From the NCBI GenBank assembly GCA_037442745.1, contig JBBIPP010000004.1, positions 1-64,000 on the forward strand: DNA of 64,000 bases. Direction: 5' to 3'. This stretch comes from an archaeon. GTDB lineage: Archaea > SpSt-1190 > DYHY01. Under the pieces are notes generated by a model. That model worked only from the letters and a program-made list of their open reading frames with translations, made no database searches and was not told where the DNA came from. Below are positions 56,876 through 64,000 of this stretch, one piece after another (the stretch's first letter is position 1; the number at the start of each line of letters is the position of its first letter). The position numbers and the translations under genes were made by a program.

Positions 56876-58222
56876 TTATTCTACCTTTTCAATTTCATCA
56901 GGTGTGGCAACGCTCTCCTTGACTTCGTCAAGCCTTTCCTGCCTTGTCTTGTCTTTTGCAATTTGCTGTTTTTTCTGCTGTTCCGAGGGCTTTCCTTTGG
57001 AATCAGCAGGTCCGGGTTTCCTCTTGAATTTCTTTGAGATTATTATCCCTCCGACAACTCCCGCTCCTAGAAACAGGCCGACCAATCCCCACATTCCCAT
57101 TTTCTTCAGACAATCGTTTGAGCATTCCCCGAGCTTTGTTTCGCATCTGGTCACCTGCTCCTGCATTGTTGTTTTGGTGTCAGAGAGAGCCTTTTCATAT
57201 GATGCGGTCGTGTTTGCGAGGTCGCTTTTGAGCTTACTGGCTTCGGAAAACCATGTTCTGTTCCCTTGGTCGAGCGCAATGTTCTTCGACTGCAGATCAA
57301 GGACCTTTAGAGCAAGTTCGGAATCGCTCTTTAGTGTGATCTCCCGGTTTCCGGTGTCCGAAAGCCAGTTGATTATTGCTAGCCCGAACTTGTCGTTGTT
57401 TATTGTCTCGTTGAAATAGTCCCGGTCATATATGTTGGCGTCGGAGAGTATGTCAAAATCGGATATTACGACTACGGCTCCGCTTCCGAAAAATGCCCGC
57501 GCCGCAATCGGTGGTTCGCTTCCCACAGGAAATGTCCCGGTTTCAGTGTAGGAAAGGTTGCTTCCGGTCGCAATTACCTTCGTTTTTCCGATTGGGGAAT
57601 TCACTCTCACTGACTCGACAAAAAGGGGGTGCGCCTTGTATACTGCAATTTTGTTGACATCCGAGAGGCTTATGCCTTGTGGGTCTGTTTTGTCGGGAAA
57701 GTTCCTGACAAGGGCATAATATTTTCTGTCCTCAACGGGAATTGCGACCCCGTCCGGCCCAGTCTCGTTGAAAGGGAAATTGGCAGTGTCGACAAGCCAA
57801 GTTGTCCTCTTGTCCATCAATATTCCGTAGATTTGCCCTAGATTGTTGACTCCCTCCGGCTCGTCCCCGTTAATCAGGAGGCCTCCCCCCCTCACCCCTA
57901 CATACCATCTGAGAGCAAGGATTTCTTCAGTGTCAAGAGCCTTGTTTAGCCCCTGCATTATCACGACATCATAATCGACAAGCTTTTCTTGGGTTAGTTT
58001 GACGTCAGAACTGCTGATTGAAGCAGTCGAATATCCAGCCCCCTGGAGGAGCGCGTTGAAGCGGGTGTATCCGCTCGATGTTATTCTCATTGTTGTCGCT
58101 GCTTGGACCTCATAGAAGAGGACCTTTTTTCCGCCTGTCGAGAATCCCGGAAGAACTAGGATAATTGCGAAAATAACTGCGAAAACAAAAGCAACCTTGA
58201 AATTTCCTTTTCCTAATGACAT
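56876..58222 (-). CDS. Secreted GIFT/GldG/DUF4350-like domain protein with coiled coil and C-terminal TM
   Basis: Signal peptide, L.DYDVVI, E...L..YV..GGGLLI.G, G.GAVVVISD..I.SD, N..F...IINWL. Confidence 0.72.
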   Translation of the reverse strand: MSLGKGNFKVAFVFAVIFAIILVLPGFSTGGKKVLFYEVQAATTMRITSSGYTRFNALLQGAGYSTASISSSDVKLTQEKLVDYDVVIMQGLNKALDTEEILALRWYVGVRGGGLLINGDEPEGVNNLGQIYGILMDKRTTWLVDTANFPFNETGPDGVAIPVEDRKYYALVRNFPDKTDPQGISLSDVNKIAVYKAHPLFVESVRVNSPIGKTKVIATGSNLSYTETGTFPVGSEPPIAARAFFGSGAVVVISDFDILSDANIYDRDYFNETINNDKFGLAIINWLSDTGNREITLKSDSELALKVLDLQSKNIALDQGNRTWFSEASKLKSDLANTTASYEKALSDTKTTMQEQVTRCETKLGECSNDCLKKMGMWGLVGLFLGAGVVGGIIISKKFKRKPGPADSKGKPSEQQKKQQIAKDKTRQERLDEVKESVATPDEIEKVE

Positions 58223-58361
58223 TGGGGCTTATTTTCCCCGCCAATATTAAAGAATTTCTGGGAAATTTCGGATTATTCCCCTTCAAAATGCTCCGTTTTG
58301 CGGAAGGAGCGTTTGAACTGCTCAATGTGGAAATTGTTAAATATCCCCAAAAAAGGCAATA

Positions 58362-61300
58362 ATGTGTTTGGAAACGGTGGCAGAAAGAAAACTCTCTTTC
58401 TTAGGGATTTCCTTATTTTTAGCCCTTAATCTGTCCTTGTTGTCGTTTTCCCTATTTTCCGGCTATTCCGCCTTTGAAATAACCCTCATTTATCCGGAAA
58501 ATCTCTTCTGGACGAATCTTGACAACTTCTCATTGAATTTCACTTTCAATGCTACTAGCGACATCGATTCCGGAGGAGTGTGCTCCCTATATCTCGGAGA
58601 TGCGGTTGTCGGGACAGTCAATGCGACGAACTCGACTCCCGCAAACATAACTTCAGTGGCAGCGTTTTCTCAGGGGAACAACACTTGGCTAATATCCTGC
58701 ACGAACTCGACAACTGAGAACTCTTCTGTTTCGATTTTCAGGTATGATGGTGTTGCGCCTGCCGTCTCTTCTCTTTCTCCAGCAGTTTCATATTCCACAG
58801 CAGTCAATGAAACAAATTTTACTGGACAGGCAACTGACGCATTTACAATCTTCTCGCTTTCATTGTGGGGCAATTTCACCGGAACTTGGGCCATGAATTC
58901 CTCCAACATCTCATATTTGAACGGAGCCAACTGGACAGTTTCCCCGGGCGCTCTGAGCGAAGGAGTCCATCTCTGGGCGTTTTTTGCGAACGATTCTGCA
59001 GGTAACGGGAATTTTTCAGAGAACAGGACGCTTGTTTTCGACTATACTCCCCCAACCAATTCCCCACTCTTCCCGGACAACCAGTCTTTCAAGAGTTCTG
59101 CCCTCCCCAATTTCTCATTTGCAGTCTCTGATGCGCTCTCCGGAGTCTCCTCATGCAGGGCGCTAATTGGGAACTCGACAGCTAACTATACCAATTCGAC
59201 AATTTCTCCATCCCAAGGCTGGTGCAACTTTACCAACTTTTCCCTCTCAGGCCTCCAAAGCGGGCAATACGCCCTTTTCTTCAAGGTCAACGATTCCGCC
59301 GGAAACGAGGCTTGGAACAGCACAATTTCACTGAATGTCGACGACATTGCCCCCCAAATCTCCTATGTAATCCCGAACAACACAATTTTCCTCTCGAACG
59401 CATCATTTACAATTTCCTTCGGCGAATCAGCGAACCTCTCCTGGATTGCGAATTCGACTGGAAACATCACCAACTCTACCGGTGAATCAATCTCAGTCAA
59501 TTCCCACCTTCCCACAGGAAACTACCAATGGACTGTTTTCGCAAGGGACTCTGCCGGAAACAATAACAAGACAACATTCAATTTCACTGTGAACCGCACT
59601 AGGCCGTTCGTCAATTCAACCATTCCAGCTGACGGCTATTATACGAACGATTCCACAGTCAACTTCACTTTCAATGTGACTGAGGAAACAAACTCCTCAA
59701 TGTATTGCGCAGTCCATCTCGACGGCGTCCTTAACGCGACAACCGCGAACTCCTCAGTCCTGAACAACACTCTTACAACAATATCAATTCCGGGAATTGC
59801 TTTCGGTTACCACACCTGGCGGGTTTCCTGCGCTAACTCTGAAAACACAACCTATTCGGAGACCAAGGATTTCGATGTGAGGAATGTCAACGCTTCATCT
59901 CTCGATTTTCCCTCATATGTCCCACGGAACAAGGTCGTTTACCTGAATGCGTCCGTCCTAGCTTTCAAGAATTCGGAGAACGTTACCCTCTCAGTCTCCC
60001 TTCCATCAGGATTTTCAATTCTTTCGAACATAACTGATGCCTCCAACTGGACAGGTTCAGCGTCAGTCTGGAACTCTGCCATTCCATCTGGAAGCTCCCT
60101 TTGGCTCAATCTGACAATCCTTGTTCGGAACAACGCGTCTCTTGGGAGCTCTTCAATAACAATAACTGCCAACTCTTCCGAAGGGCACGGAGTCTCAAAA
60201 AAGCTCTCTTTCTCAGTTCTCCAGCCATCATCTAACCTGACTTTCTCTCCGGCCCAAATCAACCTGACTGCCGAAAAATCAGTCAACCTAACTCTTCCGA
60301 ACAACGGAACTGGGAATATCACCTCATTCAATCTGACATTCAATCCAGCTTATTTCAACATAACGAACGCCTACAACCTCTCCTCCGGGTGGTTCTGCAA
60401 CCACGCTTCCTTCTATCTGAACTGTTCCGGAGGTGGGATTGTCCAAAATTCGTCCGCTCTCTTCAACCTCTACCTGAAAGCCGGGACATCTGATGGAAAC
60501 TCCACCGGGACAGTCCATCTTTACGACTCCCTCGGCGGGAATTCTACTGTGAACTTCTCCGCCCCGGAAATCCTGAAAATTGGGGTTGTTTCCTCCAATT
60601 CGACAAGGACCTTAACTAGGAACGAAACAAACTCAAAGTCATTCACCCTGAATTTCACGAGCACGGGAATTCTTACGCCGAACACTTTCAACGGGACATT
60701 CTCGCCAGTCAATTTCACCTCGCTTAACGTCACCGGATATGGGGGGAACCTGACTTGCTTCAATTCAACTTCAACATCCCACCCTTCCGCCCCGAACACT
60801 TCATTCTACTGCAACGGAACATCCGGCTATGTAACTTTCCGCTTGACAGCGAACTCCTCCGCTCTCGGGATAACTCAGGGGGCTTTTGTCTCATCAAACG
60901 AAACTACTTCAAGCTTCGCGCTCGACCCGCTCAATTTCACAATCCAAAAGGCTCCGGAAGTGACAATCTTAATTGACGCGAGCCCGACATCAGTCTCAAT
61001 CGGAGGTTCCACTGCCCTATTGGCGGAGATAATAAACTGCTACGGCTCGTCCTATTGCGCAAACATCGTGAACGCTGCCGCAACCTGGAGCGTTATTTCC
61101 TCGAGCGGGACATGCTCCAGCACATTCACAAATCCTTCCTACTACTTCAGTCTCGAATCAAGGACGCCCGAAAATACGACAGTTGAATACAACACAGGCC
61201 AGCAGACAAAGGCGGTCGCCTCGGTTGCGAGCACCTGCATTTACACAATGTCATTCACCGGCCTTGACGCGAACACGGGGGCGAACGTCACATCAGTTTC

Positions 61301-62300
61301 CGTCACCACAAAGACAGTCACTGCGGTGAATTCGACGACAACTACGACCGTTGCTCCGGAAAACCCCTCAATTCCTCCGGTCGTTTCAACCCCAACCCTT
61401 TCCCTCACACTCTCACCTACATCCCTTGCTGTGACAAAGGGTACTTCAAGGACAATAACCGCGACAGTCCGGCTTACCGGCCCTTCCCTTTCCACTGCGC
61501 TCTCCCTTTCGGCGAACGAGACTGGCATATACGCAATATCAATCTCCCCTTCTTCGTTTTCAAGCATATCTAATGCAACTTCCCGGAGCTTTACAATAAC
61601 TTTGACTGTTCCCTCCACAACAGCCACGGGCTCAAGGGCTGTGAAATTCACCGCAACCTCCGGCTCTTACTCGGCGAACGCTGTCCTGACTGTCCTAGTT
61701 CTCGATAGTTCGACAGCTGGGAACCAGACTGTCAATGCAACGAACAGCTCAGTTTCCGATTCAACTGCGAACAATACAAATTCTTCAGGGGGCGGGTCAT
61801 TGGTGGCGAACGTCACAGCGCCGAATACCACAAAGGAGCTTGAAAGCGCGCTTCTGAAATTGGGCCTTCTTTCAAAGGAGCTAGGCGCCTTCAGCCTAGA
61901 GGGCGAGAACACCACAATTGCGAGCGAGCTTGTCCTGAATGCGACTGAACTGCTGAAAAAGGCCTCGGACGCCCTCCTTCGGGGGAACATGTCAGAATAC
62001 GAATGGTTCCTCTCTGCTGGAAAATCGGCGCTCTCCAAGGCAAGCGCGCAGGTATTCTCAATAAAGGTGAGGCGGGCGTGGCCAATACTCCTCTATTCAT
62101 TGGGAGCAGTCCTCTTGATTGGCCTTGTATCTGCAGGAGCATATGCAATTCTCTCTGGAAAGCAGGCAATTCTTCCGAAAAGAGCGACAGTTGCCGGAAC
62201 GAAAAAGGAGATTACCTCAGTTCTCGAAGAGTTTTCAAGCGAGATAAAAGAGCCCTTGGAAAAGAAGAAAAAGGCGAAAGATGAAGGGAGGTCTTTGTAA
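58362..62300 (+). CDS. Large surface glycoprotein (S-layer/adhesin-like, Ig-like repeats)
   Basis: Signal peptide, repeated W...A.DSAGN and D..(A/P)P Ig-like motifs, very dense N-X-S/T sequons, Thr-rich linker, C-terminal TM. Confidence 0.85.
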   Translation: MCLETVAERKLSFLGISLFLALNLSLLSFSLFSGYSAFEITLIYPENLFWTNLDNFSLNFTFNATSDIDSGGVCSLYLGDAVVGTVNATNSTPANITSVAAFSQGNNTWLISCTNSTTENSSVSIFRYDGVAPAVSSLSPAVSYSTAVNETNFTGQATDAFTIFSLSLWGNFTGTWAMNSSNISYLNGANWTVSPGALSEGVHLWAFFANDSAGNGNFSENRTLVFDYTPPTNSPLFPDNQSFKSSALPNFSFAVSDALSGVSSCRALIGNSTANYTNSTISPSQGWCNFTNFSLSGLQSGQYALFFKVNDSAGNEAWNSTISLNVDDIAPQISYVIPNNTIFLSNASFTISFGESANLSWIANSTGNITNSTGESISVNSHLPTGNYQWTVFARDSAGNNNKTTFNFTVNRTRPFVNSTIPADGYYTNDSTVNFTFNVTEETNSSMYCAVHLDGVLNATTANSSVLNNTLTTISIPGIAFGYHTWRVSCANSENTTYSETKDFDVRNVNASSLDFPSYVPRNKVVYLNASVLAFKNSENVTLSVSLPSGFSILSNITDASNWTGSASVWNSAIPSGSSLWLNLTILVRNNASLGSSSITITANSSEGHGVSKKLSFSVLQPSSNLTFSPAQINLTAEKSVNLTLPNNGTGNITSFNLTFNPAYFNITNAYNLSSGWFCNHASFYLNCSGGGIVQNSSALFNLYLKAGTSDGNSTGTVHLYDSLGGNSTVNFSAPEILKIGVVSSNSTRTLTRNETNSKSFTLNFTSTGILTPNTFNGTFSPVNFTSLNVTGYGGNLTCFNSTSTSHPSAPNTSFYCNGTSGYVTFRLTANSSALGITQGAFVSSNETTSSFALDPLNFTIQKAPEVTILIDASPTSVSIGGSTALLAEIINCYGSSYCANIVNAAATWSVISSSGTCSSTFTNPSYYFSLESRTPENTTVEYNTGQQTKAVASVASTCIYTMSFTGLDANTGANVTSVSVTTKTVTAVNSTTTTTVAPENPSIPPVVSTPTLSLTLSPTSLAVTKGTSRTITATVRLTGPSLSTALSLSANETGIYAISISPSSFSSISNATSRSFTITLTVPSTTATGSRAVKFTATSGSYSANAVLTVLVLDSSTAGNQTVNATNSSVSDSTANNTNSSGGGSLVANVTAPNTTKELESALLKLGLLSKELGAFSLEGENTTIASELVLNATELLKKASDALLRGNMSEYEWFLSAGKSALSKASAQVFSIKVRRAWPILLYSLGAVLLIGLVSAGAYAILSGKQAILPKRATVAGTKKEITSVLEEFSSEIKEPLEKKKKAKDEGRSL

Positions 62301-62302
62301 AA

Positions 62303-63352
62303 ATGGATTCTATTGAGAAAAAAGCCCCGCACACATTCTCAATTATATCTGGAAAGGGCGGGGTCGGAAAGACGACAGTCACATCCAACCTTGGAATTCT
62401 TCTGGCCTCGGAGTTCGGAAAAAAGGTTCTTGTTATTGACGGAAACATCAGCACAGCGAACCTCGGGATACATCTGGGCTTCATAAAGTGCCCTGTCTCA
62501 TTCCAGGACGTCATTGACAAGACAATAAAGACTTACCAGGCGGTTTATGTCCACAAATCAGGGCTTAACATAATTCCGGCCTCCCTTTCAATGGAGCACG
62601 AGCAGCACGACTATCCGGCGAACCTTCTTTCAAAAAGGATACAAAAGATTGTCTCAGACGTCAAATTGCACTATGACATTGTCCTGATTGACGGAGCAGC
62701 GGGGATTAGCGGAGAGGCAAAAGCCGCGATTTCCGCGAGCGAATCAGTACTGGCAATAACTGTTCCGGAAATTCCGACAGTCACCGCCACAATAAAGGTT
62801 GTCGAGACTGCAAAAGAGCTAAAAGTCCCTGTTTTCGGGATTGTAATGAACCGCGTCAGGGGGGGAAAAATCGAGGTTTCAAAAGACGAGATAGAGCGCC
62901 TCTGCAAAGCAAAGGTAATATGCATTGTCCCGGAGGATGAGGCTGTCCGGGAGAGCACGTCCCATAGGGAGCCTGTCTCGGTCATACGGCCAAACTCGGC
63001 GTCAGTCAAGGAGCTCAGGAAGCTTGCGGGGAAAATTGTTCTGGCATCCGAAGGAAAATCAGAGGATTGTCCGGCGCCAAAGCCGAAAGGAAAATTGTTA
63101 TTCGGGATTTTCGGGAAAAAGAGGGTGGCTCCGGAAAATTTGCTTCTCTCACAGGGAAACGATAAAAAGGCGCAATGGGCTCTAGCTCCCTCTCAAGGAA
63201 GCCAAAAGGAGGGCAGGGAGTCAGAGGGGGATCAGATAGAGTCAGGGCATAGCAGGCCCGCGAAATCGGACCCTAGGAAAGACAAGGAAAATCCGGGGAA
63301 AATTGATGGAAAGAAAGGATGGTGGTTTTGGTTTTTTGGGCGGAAGAAATGA
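62303..63352 (+). CDS. minD: MinD/ParA-family ATPase with disordered C-terminal tail
   Basis: SGKGGVGKTT, IDGN...ANL, YDIVLID, VMNRV, VPED..V; aromatic tail WWFWFFGRKK. Confidence 0.85.
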   Translation: MDSIEKKAPHTFSIISGKGGVGKTTVTSNLGILLASEFGKKVLVIDGNISTANLGIHLGFIKCPVSFQDVIDKTIKTYQAVYVHKSGLNIIPASLSMEHEQHDYPANLLSKRIQKIVSDVKLHYDIVLIDGAAGISGEAKAAISASESVLAITVPEIPTVTATIKVVETAKELKVPVFGIVMNRVRGGKIEVSKDEIERLCKAKVICIVPEDEAVRESTSHREPVSVIRPNSASVKELRKLAGKIVLASEGKSEDCPAPKPKGKLLFGIFGKKRVAPENLLLSQGNDKKAQWALAPSQGSQKEGRESEGDQIESGHSRPAKSDPRKDKENPGKIDGKKGWWFWFFGRKK

Positions 63353-64000
63353 GCTCCCTTTTCTTTCGGTAATTTTTGCACTTATTCTGGTGATTTCCCC
63401 GGCAGTTTCTCTCGGGGAAATATACAATTCAACCCTTGAATTCTTCTATCCCAACGGGACTTCTGTCCAAAACCCGAACGGCGGGCAGAGCGTTGTCCCG
63501 ATTCTTGTCCTCTATGTGAAGAATGCGGACGCTCCGGCTCCGGCATTCAATCTCACTGGAATAGAGGTTTTCGTGACAAACTCCTCCTTGGCAATCCCCC
63601 AGTGCTACAACTGGAATTTGTGGGGCCTTGACCAGACCGAGCCCCAGAGGCCAAACAACACTTATTCCCACGGAAACGGGTATTCAGTTTCAATCGGAGG
63701 CCCTTTAACACCCGAAGGCTGGCTTGTTTCGACGAACGCTTCGATTTCATGCAACCTTACGTATCTCAATCTCATCAACCAGTCGAATCCCCTGAACCTG
63801 ACAAATGTCTCCAAATGGAACTTTACAAAAGGCTATCCTCTGTCAAACGTCTCGTCTTGGAACGTTTCAGGCAACAACACATATTCTCCAGCGTTCGTTG
63901 TCCGTTTCGGAGGAATTTTTGGCAACACAATCCTTCTTCCTTATGAGAACACTGTTACGCTGGTCTCCCGGGGATTGTTCTCCAACGGAACGCACACCGA
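63336..64000 (+). CDS. Secreted glycoprotein, 5' part (runs off the window)
   Basis: Open frame from TTG 63336 (or ATG 63306) with signal peptide FLSVIFALILVISPAVS and many N-X-S/T sequons; not in the ORF track because it has no stop. Confidence 0.7.
   Translation, partial: MGGRNELPFLSVIFALILVISPAVSLGEIYNSTLEFFYPNGTSVQNPNGGQSVVPILVLYVKNADAPAPAFNLTGIEVFVTNSSLAIPQCYNWNLWGLDQTEPQRPNNTYSHGNGYSVSIGGPLTPEGWLVSTNASISCNLTYLNLINQSNPLNLTNVSKWNFTKGYPLSNVSSWNVSGNNTYSPAFVVRFGGIFGNTILLPYENTVTLVSRGLFSNGTHT

Overview
Chromosomal window from a small-genome archaeon, most likely a DPANN lineage. Evidence: rpl35ae, rps27ae, dph5, kae1, trm5, DUF357, an unlinked archaeal-type 5S rRNA, TATA/BRE promoters with mostly leaderless genes, and bacterial-type ThrRS and ThyX. 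It holds three tRNAs, housekeeping genes, a glycogen operon and a surface-glycoprotein cluster. There is also an unusually high load of decaying nucleotide-metabolism and tRNA-modification genes (adk, ttuA, ITPase, trmO, cytidine deaminase, ASCH). The standout feature is an ~8.3 kb divergent locus (41089-49317) of 13 uncharacterised membrane-protein genes that belong largely to one paralogous family. It includes three tandem genes at an exact 504-bp period whose transmembrane cores are nearly identical in DNA but whose termini are hypervariable. Nearby are two nucleotidyltransferase-HEPN paralogues and a giant-insert AP-endonuclease-2-like TIM barrel. The locus is a candidate undescribed DPANN membrane (host-contact, secretion or channel) system. 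All family assignments come from motif recognition by eye; no database searches were run.
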